The notes beneath the pieces are model-generated. The model was not told the origin of the DNA. It searched no databases and worked only from the letters and a program-made list of their open reading frames with translations. DNA of 64,000 nucleotides from an uncultured Chloroflexia bacterium (GTDB lineage Bacteria; Chloroflexota; Anaerolineae; Anaerolineales; UBA4823). How positions within the stretch are numbered: the stretch's first letter is position 1; each line of letters starts with the position of its first letter. The position numbers and the translations under genes were made by a program. This document shows, piece after piece, positions 19,178-29,858 of this stretch. The stretch covers positions 376,369 to 440,368 of the forward strand of contig CAWBUW010000002.1 of NCBI GenBank assembly GCA_963792075.1, given 5' to 3'.

Positions 19178-20575
19178 TTGTTTGATATCCCGGCGCTCCT
19201 CACCCAGGGCATGGGACCCAACCTGCACTGGTTTCCCGAAGATGTGGCTGCTTCTCACCTGGCGACCACGATGGTGGGGATGGCTAATTCGAGCGGAGGC
19301 CTGATCTTGATCGGGATCGCGCCGCGTGTCCCTGAAGTCCATGGCATCCACCAGCAGGCAGAGGTGCAGGACCGGGTTTTCCAGGCCTCTCTGCTGGCGG
19401 ACCCACCTCTGGTGCTGCCCCTGCCCGCGCTTATTCCTGCTGAAAAGACCCAGGTCCTGGTGGTTCAGGTCCCGGCCGGTCTGCCGCACGTGTACAGCCT
19501 GGATGGGCGCTATTTTGGGAGAGAAGGCGCGCAGACGAACCCGCTCTCGGCGCGCCGTCTGCGCCAACTGCTGGTCGAGCGAGGCATAATACAGTTCGAA
19601 TCCCGTGTCCCCCCGGACGCTGCACTGGAGGACCTGGACCTGGCGCAGGTAGAAGCTTACTTGCAGGCAATTAAAATGAGTGGGGAGGACCCTCATCAAG
19701 TCTTGCTGCGGCGTGGCTGCTTACAGCGCGTAGATGGAAGGCTGTGCCCGACCTATGCGGCCCTGCTGCTTTTTGGGCGCTTCCCCCAGCAATGGCTGCC
19801 GAACGCCACCCTGTTGGCGGCGCGGTTCTCGGGTGCCGCATTTTCAGATCAATTTATCAAGCAGGAGATGAGTGGGTCCCTGGTACAGCAGTTGCGCCAG
19901 GCAAACTCTTTTCTGCGGGACAACCTGCGCAGCGTGGTGCGCATGATTGGGCTGGCGCACGAAGAAACCCTGGAATATCCCTTCGAAGCGGTGCGTGAGC
20001 TGCTGGTCAATGCGGTCGCCCACCGTGACTATAACCTGCAGGGGGACAATATTCACCTGCACATCTTTGCCGATCGCTTGGAAGTGCATTCGCCGGGTGG
20101 GCTGCCTGGCCCGGTCACGCTGGACAACTTGCTCCAGGCACGTTTTTCGCGCAATGCCGTGATCACCCAGGTCTTGTCTGACCTGGGATACGTAGAGCGC
20201 CTGGGGTACGGGCTGGACCGGGTCGTGGATGTGCTCCGGCAGCAGCAAATGCGCCCGCCGCGCTTCGAAGAGGTTGCCGGGACCTTCCGGGTGACTTTGT
20301 TCAACGACCTGGCGGCAAGCGCAGCCTCGGGGATGCTCCCGGACCTGTCGGCGTACCTGGGTTTGGGTCTCAACGTACGCCAGCAAGCCGCCCTGGTGTT
20401 TTTGGTGCGTAGCAAGCGCATTACCAACCGGGATTATCAAGACCTATGCCCGGATGTGCATGCGGAAACCCTGCGCCGTGACCTGGCAGACCTGGTCGAG
20501 CGGGGCCTGCTGATCAAGGTGGGAGACAAAAGGGCGACCTATTACATCCTCAAGCGCATCCCAGGGGAGGAGTAG
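19178..20575 (+). CDS. AlbA_2/Schlafen-like + RecG-C (HATPase_c_4) + wHTH protein
   Basis: MANSSGGLILIG, RELLVNAVAHRDY, SPGGL, RN, ERLGYGL, C-terminal wHTH. Confidence 0.8.
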   Translation: MFDIPALLTQGMGPNLHWFPEDVAASHLATTMVGMANSSGGLILIGIAPRVPEVHGIHQQAEVQDRVFQASLLADPPLVLPLPALIPAEKTQVLVVQVPAGLPHVYSLDGRYFGREGAQTNPLSARRLRQLLVERGIIQFESRVPPDAALEDLDLAQVEAYLQAIKMSGEDPHQVLLRRGCLQRVDGRLCPTYAALLLFGRFPQQWLPNATLLAARFSGAAFSDQFIKQEMSGSLVQQLRQANSFLRDNLRSVVRMIGLAHEETLEYPFEAVRELLVNAVAHRDYNLQGDNIHLHIFADRLEVHSPGGLPGPVTLDNLLQARFSRNAVITQVLSDLGYVERLGYGLDRVVDVLRQQQMRPPRFEEVAGTFRVTLFNDLAASAASGMLPDLSAYLGLGLNVRQQAALVFLVRSKRITNRDYQDLCPDVHAETLRRDLADLVERGLLIKVGDKRATYYILKRIPGEE

Positions 20576-20578
20576 CGT

Positions 20579-21580
20579 ATGAAGCGATTCGGGTTCTATG
20601 CAATCTTGGCCATGCTCGCAGGACTGCTGCTTTCATGCAACCGCTCTATCGGAGACGCGGACGTGATCACGACGCCTGCGGTGAATACACTCATTGCCGC
20701 GGGCACGAAGCCGGCTCCACTGGCGGCGCCACAAAAGACGGTCCTTCCAGGCCTCGAGGTTACTCCCCTGCCTCAAACCACAACGGACGCTTCTGAGCCA
20801 GCCCTGCCGGCGCCAACGGGAGTTTTCTCGGACGTGCAGGCGCTCTATGCGGTCATCCAGTTGGGCGAAGCGGACCTGCTGAACGTACGGGTGGAGCCGG
20901 GCCTTTCCGGCCACGTGCTTCTAACCTTACCTCCGCAGCAGCGCGGCCTCAAGTCAACCGGACGGGTTGAAGTCGTGGATGAAGTCCGGTGGGCTGAAAT
21001 CAACCTGCCGGATGGCGGTACAGGTTGGGTGAGCCAACAATTCCTGACCGAGCAAGTGGAAGGGGATGTTTTTTGCCAATCCTCTGAGGTCAGCGCGTTG
21101 TTAGACCGCTTTGTGGCCTCGGTCAAGGATCGCGACAGCGAGGCGCTGCCCGCCCTGGTCAGCCCTGCGCATGGCTTGACCATTTATCATAACGTGTGGA
21201 ACCCACCGGTCAGTTTTGACAGGCCTGAAGTCCTCCAGAAGCTGTACATCAGCACGGTAGACTATGATTGGGGCCTCCAGGAAGGCAGCGGCAGCCCGTT
21301 GGTGGGACCCTTCAAGGACCTGGTCTTCCCTAAGCTCCAGGACGTCATGTCTTTCCCCCACACACGCCAGTGCAATGTGTTGGAAAAGGGTGTCTCGGCA
21401 GGGAACACATCCGGCCAGGTCTATTGGCCTCCAGAGTACGCCAACCTGAACTACGTAGCCTTGTACCGGGCTGCGCCCGCCTCCCAGGAAATGAACTGGC
21501 GCACCTGGGTGGTCGGGGTCGAATACGTCGCCGGAGTCCCCTACATCGCCGTCTTGATGCAATTTTATTGGGAAATCTAA
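20579..21580 (+). CDS. Lipoprotein with SH3-like domain
   Basis: LLSC lipobox, LNVRVEPG...W...GWVS. Confidence 0.7.
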   Translation: MKRFGFYAILAMLAGLLLSCNRSIGDADVITTPAVNTLIAAGTKPAPLAAPQKTVLPGLEVTPLPQTTTDASEPALPAPTGVFSDVQALYAVIQLGEADLLNVRVEPGLSGHVLLTLPPQQRGLKSTGRVEVVDEVRWAEINLPDGGTGWVSQQFLTEQVEGDVFCQSSEVSALLDRFVASVKDRDSEALPALVSPAHGLTIYHNVWNPPVSFDRPEVLQKLYISTVDYDWGLQEGSGSPLVGPFKDLVFPKLQDVMSFPHTRQCNVLEKGVSAGNTSGQVYWPPEYANLNYVALYRAAPASQEMNWRTWVVGVEYVAGVPYIAVLMQFYWEI

Positions 21581-21586
21581 TGTGTT

Positions 21587-22729
21587 TTATTTGCACACGT
21601 TGGCGACCTGCTCTTCGTAAGTGACTGCGAAGACGTGCAGGCCGGAGCCATCACAGCGAGCGCGGAAATAATAATATGGCAACTCTTCCGGATAGGCCAC
21701 TGCCTGGATTGCCTCCAGGCCGGGGTTGGCAATCGGGCCAGGGGGCAGCCCGCCGTAGAGATAGGTATTGTAAAGCGACTCGAAGGAAAGGTTTTCCAGA
21801 CTCAGCGGGTTGGTCCACCAGGTGCGCTGCTCGGAGTTATAGCCGACCGCATACTGGACGGTAGGGTCTGCGTCCAGTTTCATCCCTGCCCGCAGGCGGT
21901 TGAAGTACACGGCGGCGATCGCCGGCATTTCGTCCGCGACGACGGCCTCTCGCTGGACAATCGAAGCCAGGCTGATCCCTTCGAACAGGGTCAGCCCCTG
22001 GTCGTCAATCGCCTGGCGCAGATCCGGCGCGACCTGGGTGTCGAAACGCTCCAGGAAGATGGCTAACAACGCCGGAGCCGTGAGGTCTCGCGCCAGCTCA
22101 TACTCGCCGGGGAATAAGAACCCCTCCATGGTCGCAATGGGTGGGATCGTGTCCGAAAAGGTGTATTGGGTGGGTGTGGATTGCGCCGCAGAAATAAGTG
22201 CTTCTGCGCTGATCTTCAATCCCGTGTAGCCGAGCGCGGCGGCAATTTCCTCGGTGCGCCAGCCGGGCAGGATATGGAAGGTCACCTGCTTGGGCGTGGG
22301 GTCCTGAAGCGCATGCGCGATTTCCACGGGGGTCATGGCGGGGCTGAGCGAATATTCGCCGGCCTGCAGCGTGGTATCCAGGCCAGAATATTGCAAGAAG
22401 AGGCGGAAGGCGCTGGCGCTGGGGACCAACCCCTGGTCTTCCAGGCGCTGTGTGACCGATGCCGCCGCCTCTCCCAGCTCAACTCGAAAATAAAGTGGCG
22501 CGCCATCCGGGTTTGCGGCTTTCAGTAAAGCTCCTTTTTGCCAGAGCAGGCGCAGGGACAGCAGGTAAGTATCCCTTGGGCTCAAAGCGGCGGCAGGGGG
22601 CCCGAATTTTTCGACTGCATCCTGGGGGACGGAAACCAGAGACAGCCCGGTGTAGGCAACTGCCAGGATCACGAAAGCGATCAGCGGCAGGAAGAACAGG
22701 GTGAGCAGGGAGGAAGTGCGTTGGGTCAT
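21587..22729 (-). CDS. mltG: Endolytic transglycosylase MltG (YceG)
   Basis: EGFLFP, ASIVQRE, NRLRAGMKLDADPT, YNTY...GLPPGPIANPG. Confidence 0.93.
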   Translation of the reverse strand: MTQRTSSLLTLFFLPLIAFVILAVAYTGLSLVSVPQDAVEKFGPPAAALSPRDTYLLSLRLLWQKGALLKAANPDGAPLYFRVELGEAAASVTQRLEDQGLVPSASAFRLFLQYSGLDTTLQAGEYSLSPAMTPVEIAHALQDPTPKQVTFHILPGWRTEEIAAALGYTGLKISAEALISAAQSTPTQYTFSDTIPPIATMEGFLFPGEYELARDLTAPALLAIFLERFDTQVAPDLRQAIDDQGLTLFEGISLASIVQREAVVADEMPAIAAVYFNRLRAGMKLDADPTVQYAVGYNSEQRTWWTNPLSLENLSFESLYNTYLYGGLPPGPIANPGLEAIQAVAYPEELPYYYFRARCDGSGLHVFAVTYEEQVANVCK

Positions 22730-22736
22730 GGTGGGA

Positions 22737-23165
22737 TCAGCGTTGTCCGGAATCCAGGTAAGTCTGGAGAATATACGTAGCCGCCAGGTCATCCAGATGG
22801 CCATGCCCGCGTTTCTGGCGGCTGCGGCGCGCCCCGCCCAGGTCGATGTGCGCCTGACGGGCTGCAGCCGTGCTTCCAGCTTCATCCCACAGCACCACCT
22901 CCAGGGTGGACTGCTGGCGGACGGCTTCAGCCAGGCGCGCCGCGCTGCGCCCTTGCGGCGAAGGTTGGCCCTCTTCATCCAGGGATTGGCCGATCACGAT
23001 TTTTTCTGCCTGGTGTTCGCTGGCCAGGGCAGCGATGGCGGCGGCGTCCAGGAGGCGCGACACGTGGGACAGAACGGTCAATGGGTTGGCGATCGTGCCG
23101 GTCGGATCGCTCAAGGCAATCCCCAGGCGTTTCTCGCCGGGGTCTACGGCTAAGATGCGCGGCAT
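22737..23165 (-). CDS. ruvX: Pre-16S rRNA nuclease / Holliday-junction resolvase-like YqgF (RuvX)
   Basis: LAVDPGEKRLGIALSD, WDE, DDLAATYILQTYL. Confidence 0.93.
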   Translation of the reverse strand: MPRILAVDPGEKRLGIALSDPTGTIANPLTVLSHVSRLLDAAAIAALASEHQAEKIVIGQSLDEEGQPSPQGRSAARLAEAVRQQSTLEVVLWDEAGSTAAARQAHIDLGGARRSRQKRGHGHLDDLAATYILQTYLDSGQR

Positions 23166-23168
23166 GGC

Positions 23169-24710
23169 CTATTTCACCTCGATCCGGAGGGGTACCCAGG
23201 GCAGGTAAGGCCACCAGCCGGGGAAAAGGTGGATCTCGGGCGGCCGCGCCAGCGGCAGGCTGCCAAAGAGCCGGGCGGCAGCCCTGGCTGCGGGCAGCCC
23301 GCGGGCTTCCTGGACGACGACTGCGGGAGATATGTTGGCCTGGATGGTTAGGGTCGCCTCGGCCTGCCAGGAGGCCGTTTCGGCTCCTTGCATGGCCGGG
23401 GTTTTCAAGTGTTCGATCTGCAAAGATCCGGGCAAGGCGGTAAAGCCTTCGGGCAGGCTGGCCTCCAGGACGGGTTCGGCAACGGCGCGCAAGTCCTGGC
23501 CGGAAACGACCAGCGCCAGGAACTCCAGCCTCAGCGTTAGCTCGAGCTGCTCGGCAGGCGCGCTGTCTTCGGGTTGAAAGTGCTGCTCGACCACTTTATT
23601 CAATTTCAAACTGGGAAGGATGGCGAAATCCCCTTCACGGAGATTGCTGTCCGTAGAGGACAGCAGCTCCTGCCGGGCGGTTTCCTGGAGCGTCTGGGAC
23701 AGGGCGGCGAATAGTTTCTGCCGGTCTGCATCGGAGGGACCCGCCGCGGGCTGGCTGCTGCCTCCGCGCAGCGCCGTCAGGTTGGTGAGGCTTACCTTCA
23801 GCGCCAGGGCTCCTTCGACCGATTGGATGGCTTGGGCGGGGACATTGCCGTTTTTGCCGGGTGAAAGCGCCTGGACGGAGATGGCCTGGTGGCTGCCCGG
23901 ACCAGCCGGGATTCTTGCGGCTTTCATTGTTGAAAACCGCACCGCTTCTGGACCTGTGGTGCGCACAATGGTTCCCGTGGGGATATCGACCGGTAGGGTG
24001 GTCAGGTTGGTAAAGGTAACACTGCCGGTGGCCGGTTTTTCGGGCACCTGCACCTGGCCAGTGGTGGTGATGGTTCCCCGCGCTTCGACGACCGTGCTGA
24101 CCCAATGAGCAGGCAGCTCCCCGGTCAAGCGGGGTTTCTCGATTTCCGGGCTGGCGGTAAGCGGCAGCATGACCGTTTGAGTCTCCTGGCGGGGCTCCAG
24201 GGTGATTGTCGCGCCTGGGATGAGGGCGATGAGCAAAACCAGGAAAGCCAGGACGCCCAAGGCAAAAGCGCCCAACTGCACGCCGGGGAGACTCTGCCAG
24301 TTAGAAGAGGCTGGGTGAGCCTGCTGCCGGCGGAGGAGCATATCCGCCAGCGCTTTGGGCTTGCGCAGGCGCAGACGCCTGGGAAGACGGCTGCGCCTGC
24401 GCAAGCGCTGCCTGGAAACGTTGGCGCTGTTGCCTCGCGTAGGGGATTGCGCCTGGCGCAAGGTGGGAAAAGTAGGGATGCCAAGCTGCTGGGCATTGAA
24501 ACAGACTGTCTCGTCGCGCGTCACCAGGGCTAATTGGGCACCCAGCGCGGCGCTGTGGCGCTGCAGCAGGGTCAGGTCCAGCATCCGCTCCAGGATGAGC
24601 CCATTGGAGGGCCAGATGAGCAAAATACGGCTGGTCTGCCCCCAGCCCATTTTGTCACGGGTAGAGATCACGTCATCATGGGCTTCGAGTTGAACGATCT
24701 GGATCTTCAT
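23169..24710 (-). CDS. Membrane-anchored baseplate J/gp47-like protein
   Basis: One central TM helix, then ATGSVTFTN...IPTGTIV...PGKNGNVPAQAI...GG motifs typical of the baseplate J-like domain. Confidence 0.65.
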   Translation of the reverse strand: MKIQIVQLEAHDDVISTRDKMGWGQTSRILLIWPSNGLILERMLDLTLLQRHSAALGAQLALVTRDETVCFNAQQLGIPTFPTLRQAQSPTRGNSANVSRQRLRRRSRLPRRLRLRKPKALADMLLRRQQAHPASSNWQSLPGVQLGAFALGVLAFLVLLIALIPGATITLEPRQETQTVMLPLTASPEIEKPRLTGELPAHWVSTVVEARGTITTTGQVQVPEKPATGSVTFTNLTTLPVDIPTGTIVRTTGPEAVRFSTMKAARIPAGPGSHQAISVQALSPGKNGNVPAQAIQSVEGALALKVSLTNLTALRGGSSQPAAGPSDADRQKLFAALSQTLQETARQELLSSTDSNLREGDFAILPSLKLNKVVEQHFQPEDSAPAEQLELTLRLEFLALVVSGQDLRAVAEPVLEASLPEGFTALPGSLQIEHLKTPAMQGAETASWQAEATLTIQANISPAVVVQEARGLPAARAAARLFGSLPLARPPEIHLFPGWWPYLPWVPLRIEVK

Positions 24711-24789
24711 AAAGAAAGCCAGTCACCGCTTTGTACGGTCGTATGTGCTGCGCCGAAGGTTTTGGCGGGTGACCGTCGGCAGACCCAGA

Positions 24790-27525
24790 TCACCCGATCT
24801 TGCGGCTGACCCAGCCGGTGACGCTTGCCAGAGCCTCGTCCAGTTTCGCCGCGTCTTTCCCACCCGCCTGGGCCAGGTTGGGCTTGCCGCCCCCGCCCCC
24901 GCCTAAGGGTGCGGCGACGAACTTCACCAATTCGCCCGCGTTCAGGCCGCGTTTCACCAGGTCGTCGGTGACGGCGGCGATGAGCAGCGGGCGGCCTTCG
25001 CTGACGGAGGCCAGCACGGCCACGCCGCTGGTGTGCTGCTGCCGGAAATGGTCTGCCATCTGGCGCAGCGTATCGGCATCGGTATCGTTGAAGCGGGCCG
25101 TGAGCACGGATACGCTCTTTACCTGCTGCACCTGGCCGGCCTGGCGGGCGAACTCGGCCAGGGCGATCTCCCGGCGCAGGGCGGCAATCTGCTTGCGCGC
25201 GCTGCCGAGCTCTTCTTGCAGGCCAATCGTTTTCTGCGGCACTTCCTCGGGTTGGGCCGCCAGCGCAAGCGCCGCTTCCTTCAACGCTTTGAAGCGGCGT
25301 TGGACCAGCTCATACGCGGCGCGGCCGGTCACCGCTTCGATACGGCGGATGCCGGCAGCCACGCTGCTCTCATTGGTGATCAGGCACAGGCCGATATCCC
25401 CGGTCTCCGTTACGTGCGTGCCGCCGCACAATTCGTAGGAGAAGGGGCTTTCGCCGCCGATGGTGATGGTGCGCACGGTCTCGCCGTATTTCTCGCCGAA
25501 AAGAGCCATAGCGCCTTCAGAAATGGCCTGCTGCAGGGGCTTGACCACGGTGCGCAGGGGGTAATCCCCCAGGATGTCGCGGTTCACGCCCGCTTCGATC
25601 CGTTCGATCTGCTCGGGGGTGACCGCTTCCGGGTGGGTAAAGTCAAAACGCAGGCGGTCCGGCGCTACCAGCGAGCCTGCCTGGCGCGCATGGTCGCCCA
25701 GGACGTGGTGGAGCTCCGCGTGCAGCAGGTGGGTGGCCGTGTGGTTGCGCATGATATCCCTGCGACGCGGGGTATCGACGACGGCGATCAGTTTGTCGCC
25801 CACCGTGGGCTGCCCGCGCAGCACTTCGCCCACGTGGGTGATCACGCCTGCGGCGGGCTTGCGCATCTCGGTGACGCGGATTTCCCATTCGGGCCCGCCC
25901 GCAGCCACCAGCGTGCCCATATCGGACACCTGGCCGCCAGATTCAATATACAGGCAGGTATGCGGCAGGATCACCTCAACCTGGTCACCGGGAGCGGCGC
26001 GGGTGACGCTCTGGCCATCCCTGACCAGGGCCAACAGGCTGCCTTGGGTTTCCAGAGCCGTATAGGGGTCGTAACTCACGCCGGAGGCAGGCAGTTTCCC
26101 CTGGGTTTGCAGGTCATGCAAGATGGCCCGGTAGATGTCCACGTCCTCGCCGCCCATCTCGCCGAAGACTTCCCCGGCGCCGGATTGGATGCGGTGTTCT
26201 TCCATCGCCTTGCGGAAACCGGCCTCGTCCACGTCCAGGTCCTGCTCGCGGGCGATGTCGCGCGTGATTTCCAGCGGCAGGCCGTAGGTGGCGTACAGCT
26301 CGAAAGCCTCTTCGCCGGACAGGGTTTTGTTGCCGGTGGGTTTGAGCTTCGCCATGAACTGCTCCAGCCTGGCTACCCCGCCTTCGACGGTACGCGCGAA
26401 GCGGCGCTCCTCTCGGGTCAGGTTCTCGAGGATCGTCGTGCGGTGACGTACCACCTCGGGGTAAAAATCGCCGTAGATCTTGATCACTTCTTCGGCGACC
26501 GTCGCCAGGAAAGGTTCGCGTAGACCGATCTTCGTGCCGAAGCGGGCTGCGCGGCGGATGATCATGCGGCAGACGTAGTTGCGCCCGGTGTTGCCGGGGA
26601 CCACGCCATCGGCGATGAGGAACACTGCCGCACGCGTGTGGTCGGCGATGACGCGGTAGGGAGTGAAGTTGGCTTCACGCTCGGCCGCGCTGTGGCCGGT
26701 CAGGCGCTGCGTGGCCTCGATCAGTGGCCAGAGCAGGTCTGTGCGGTAGTTGGAATCCACGTTTTGCAGGACGGAGACGATGCGCTCGAACCCCATGCCG
26801 GTATCCACGTGCGTGGCGGGCAAAGGTTCCAGGTCGGTGGCGTTGAGCCGGTTGTACTGGATGAACACGTTGTTCCACAGTTCGAGGAAGCGCGGGCAGT
26901 CGCCGTTTACCTGGCAAACGTGCCCTGGGACGCCCTGCTTGTCACAGAATCCGGCGCCGCGATCGAAATGGATCTCGGAGCAGGGGCCGCAGGGGCCGGT
27001 CTCGGCCATTTCCCAGAAGTTATCTTTACGCCCAAAGAAGAGCACCTGGGCAGGGTCGATCCCCGGCTGGGCCAGCCAGGCCTTAAACGCTTCGTCATCC
27101 TGGGGAATATTGCCCTTGTCGTCGCGGAAGCAGGTCGCCCACAGGCGGTCTTTGGGCAGTCCCCAGACGTCCGTCAGTAACTGCCAGGACCAGGCGATGG
27201 CTTCTTTCTTGTAGTAGTCCCCAAAGGACCAGTTCCCGAGCATCTCGAAAAAAGTGTGGTGCGAATCGTCCCGGCCTACGTCTTCCAGGTCGTTGTGCTT
27301 GCCTGCGACCCGGATGCATTTCTGAGAATCCACGGCGCGCGTATAGGGGCGCTTATCCGTGCCCAGGAAAACGTCCTTAAACTGCACCATCCCTGCATTG
27401 GTGAAGAGCAGGGTCTGGTCGCCGCCAGGGACGAGCGAGGCGGAGGGGACGAAAGTGTGCCCGTGTTCGACGAAGAAATCAATGAAAGTCTGGCGGATCT
27501 GGTTGCCTGTAAGGCGGCTGGTCAT
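24790..27525 (-). CDS. alaS: Alanine--tRNA ligase
   Basis: FTNAGMVQFK, HHTFFEMLGN, DTGMGFER, HTATHLLH, ELCGGTH, GGGGG. Confidence 0.98.
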   Translation of the reverse strand: MTSRLTGNQIRQTFIDFFVEHGHTFVPSASLVPGGDQTLLFTNAGMVQFKDVFLGTDKRPYTRAVDSQKCIRVAGKHNDLEDVGRDDSHHTFFEMLGNWSFGDYYKKEAIAWSWQLLTDVWGLPKDRLWATCFRDDKGNIPQDDEAFKAWLAQPGIDPAQVLFFGRKDNFWEMAETGPCGPCSEIHFDRGAGFCDKQGVPGHVCQVNGDCPRFLELWNNVFIQYNRLNATDLEPLPATHVDTGMGFERIVSVLQNVDSNYRTDLLWPLIEATQRLTGHSAAEREANFTPYRVIADHTRAAVFLIADGVVPGNTGRNYVCRMIIRRAARFGTKIGLREPFLATVAEEVIKIYGDFYPEVVRHRTTILENLTREERRFARTVEGGVARLEQFMAKLKPTGNKTLSGEEAFELYATYGLPLEITRDIAREQDLDVDEAGFRKAMEEHRIQSGAGEVFGEMGGEDVDIYRAILHDLQTQGKLPASGVSYDPYTALETQGSLLALVRDGQSVTRAAPGDQVEVILPHTCLYIESGGQVSDMGTLVAAGGPEWEIRVTEMRKPAAGVITHVGEVLRGQPTVGDKLIAVVDTPRRRDIMRNHTATHLLHAELHHVLGDHARQAGSLVAPDRLRFDFTHPEAVTPEQIERIEAGVNRDILGDYPLRTVVKPLQQAISEGAMALFGEKYGETVRTITIGGESPFSYELCGGTHVTETGDIGLCLITNESSVAAGIRRIEAVTGRAAYELVQRRFKALKEAALALAAQPEEVPQKTIGLQEELGSARKQIAALRREIALAEFARQAGQVQQVKSVSVLTARFNDTDADTLRQMADHFRQQHTSGVAVLASVSEGRPLLIAAVTDDLVKRGLNAGELVKFVAAPLGGGGGGKPNLAQAGGKDAAKLDEALASVTGWVSRKIG

Positions 27526-27610
27526 GCTTGCTCCTGTAGTGGATATAAATGTTGGGCGGGGTGGTATATGCGATCGAAGACTGCGTATACCACCCCGCTC
27601 GCCCTAACCT

Positions 27611-27703
27611 GAGAACCTATCCAAAAATTATTTTGGTAGTATGTGTGGTGGCATAGCCACCACACATACTACCAAACAAGATTCAGTTTTCGGATATATT
27701 CTT
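27611..27703. repeat. Intergenic hairpin element with imperfect TIRs (GCATAGC apex)
   Basis: Core tttggtagtatgtgtggtggc-ata-gccaccacacatactaccaaa. Ends agaacctatccaaaaa / ttttcggatatattct. Confidence 0.7.
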
Positions 27704-28136
27704 ATAGCTGAGAGGTGCAGTGTGGGCAGCGGCTGGCATTCACCGACACCGGCAGAGTGCAGAAAGGGCAGTCCTTGGTGGTGGGGGCAGCCGGTGCGGG
27801 GACTTCTGTTTTCTTCATTCTGTTTATCGCCCGCACAAGTAAGAAGATCACAAACGCGATGATCAGGAAATCGATGATTGCCTGTATGAAAAGACCATAG
27901 TTGAGCGTACCAGCGCCGGCGGTCTTGGCATCTTCAAGAGTCTTGTAAGTGTTCCCATCTAAGGCAAAGAACAGGTTGGCAAAGTCGATCTTGCCGAGCA
28001 GCAGGCCGATCAAAGGCATGAGCATATCATTTACCAACGATGTAACGATCTTGCCAAAAGCACTGCCGATGATCACGCCAATCGCCAGGTCCATGACATT
28101 GCCGCGCATGGCAAAAGCTTTAAATTCCTTTAACAT
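27702..28136 (-). CDS. mscL: Large-conductance mechanosensitive channel
   Basis: [22 protein letters not shown]-terminal CPFC...CPHC. Confidence 0.95.
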   Translation of the reverse strand: MLKEFKAFAMRGNVMDLAIGVIIGSAFGKIVTSLVNDMLMPLIGLLLGKIDFANLFFALDGNTYKTLEDAKTAGAGTLNYGLFIQAIIDFLIIAFVIFLLVRAINRMKKTEVPAPAAPTTKDCPFCTLPVSVNASRCPHCTSQL

Positions 28137-28305
28137 GGGTTCCCTCCTAAATGATCCGAAAATGATTTTGATAGGGTTTTATTATACGCAACCTGAACCA
28201 AAGCGGCAATAGGCAGGATTTCAGGGTTTTCTTAAAGTCAGAAACCCCTGCAGGCGAAGCCATCCCCACCCCCTGCCCCCGCCCCGCTGGCGGGGAAAAG
28301 AGGAA

Positions 28306-28348
28306 TTGGGGTATAAGTGGGAAGCAAAGCTTCCCACTTATACCCCAA
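28306..28348. repeat. Intergenic hairpin element (GCAAAGC apex)
   Basis: ttggggtataagtgggaagc-aaa-gcttcccacttataccccaa, perfect 20-bp arms. Confidence 0.75.
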
Positions 28349-28375
28349 ACCCCGGAAGGTTTCTTTTCGGCTTGC

Positions 28376-29617
28376 TCACCACTCCAACTGCCAGGGGAAA
28401 ATCATCTGCGGCGCTGTTGGTTCGCCGTATAGGCCAATCACCCAGTAGGGCTTGTCTGCGCCCAGGATTTCTGTTTGCCAGAAGCTCTTGAATACGGGGG
28501 GAATCACACGCGGAAAGTGGTTTTTAGCTTCCACCGGTAGCGGCCCATCCAGCCGTCTGAGTACAAAATCTATTTCCTTTTTATCGGTGGTGCGCCAGTA
28601 CGTTACATCATCCACACGCGTTTGTTTTGCCAGCTCGGCAAACACGCTGGTTTCAAACACGGCCCCGATCAATTCGGTCTGTAGGCGTTTCAACCAGAGC
28701 ATTTGCATCAATCCCGTATCATAGAAGAAAATCTTTGGCGTTTTAGTGATTTCGGAGCGCAGATTACGGCTGAAGGGCCTCACGAGGCGCAGGATATAGG
28801 TTTGTTCCAGCAAGAAGAGATATCGCTCAATCGTTTGCCGCGCCAGATCACAGGTATTGCTCAATTCTGTGATGTTTAGCAAATTACCGCTTTGCGAGGC
28901 TAACACTTCCAGCAGGCGGTTAAACCGGTTCACATCCTTGATCTCGGCCAGGTCGCGAATATCTTTGCGAATATAGGTGTCAATAATTTGCTGGAGATAT
29001 TTCTCTTTCCGATCCAATTCGGGGGTTAGCACGATCTTGGGATAGCCGCCGTATAAAGCGTATTCTAGATAGAGCGCTTGCAACTGGCGGGTTTTTATTT
29101 CGGTAGCTGGGACTCCTGGAACAAAAGCGATACCCTTAAATGTTAGCATTTCTCGAAACGAGAGCGGATAGATCTCGAAATTTACCGTGCGCCCTACCAG
29201 CGAATCTTTGAATTTGCTTTTCATCTCGAAACTAGATGAGCCCGAGACAATGAGTTTCAAATACCGGTGATGGTCAGCGATAAGCTTTAGAAAAGAAGAT
29301 GGTTCTGCAAGGTATTGAATTTCATCTATCAATATATAAAGTTTTTTGCCAGATTGCGCATATGTGAGTAAGTCGAAGCCCTCTCCACGCAAATAATTCA
29401 GGAACTCATCGACGCCGCGATCGAGCAAAGACACGAACCGGCTGTCTTCGAGATCGATGTACAGCGTTTGTTCAGATTGTTCAATCAACTGGTTTTGGAA
29501 ATACAATAGGATAGAGGTCTTTCCAACCTGGCGGGCGCCATGAACGACGATGATATCCTCAGTGGGTAAATAGCGAGCAATTTGATCGGCGATTTGCCGC
29601 TTAAATAAATTCGTCAT
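28376..29617 (-). CDS. AAA_14 ATPase with DUF4143 domain
   Basis: GARQVGKT, IDEIQ, SGSS, GGYP, DTGL, EIDF...EAK. Lower GC than flanks. Confidence 0.88.
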   Translation of the reverse strand: MTNLFKRQIADQIARYLPTEDIIVVHGARQVGKTSILLYFQNQLIEQSEQTLYIDLEDSRFVSLLDRGVDEFLNYLRGEGFDLLTYAQSGKKLYILIDEIQYLAEPSSFLKLIADHHRYLKLIVSGSSSFEMKSKFKDSLVGRTVNFEIYPLSFREMLTFKGIAFVPGVPATEIKTRQLQALYLEYALYGGYPKIVLTPELDRKEKYLQQIIDTYIRKDIRDLAEIKDVNRFNRLLEVLASQSGNLLNITELSNTCDLARQTIERYLFLLEQTYILRLVRPFSRNLRSEITKTPKIFFYDTGLMQMLWLKRLQTELIGAVFETSVFAELAKQTRVDDVTYWRTTDKKEIDFVLRRLDGPLPVEAKNHFPRVIPPVFKSFWQTEILGADKPYWVIGLYGEPTAPQMIFPWQLEW

Positions 29618-29858
29618 TATTGGGCCTCTCCATGAATAAGAATAAGTTCGACTTTATTTTATATCAAATAATTTGATAAGTCAACTTATAAAATTCTGAG
29701 GTCCGGACATAAATGTTTGACATGCGCAACAATGGGATGGATTTGTTTTTTGAATCAATGAGAGGAACAATTCGGCACGGGTCCGTGGGAGGGTGGGTAG
29801 AGGGTAGGTCGTTTGGATGATCAGGATTCACGCAATTATTGTAGCACAGATGTTCTGG

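Noticed and set aside
25033-26523. Long antisense ORFs (e.g. 496 aa opposite alaS, 451 aa opposite the decaheme gene, 384 aa opposite ptrB)
   Set aside because: Shadow ORFs caused by high-GC codon bias on the opposite strand of clear genes
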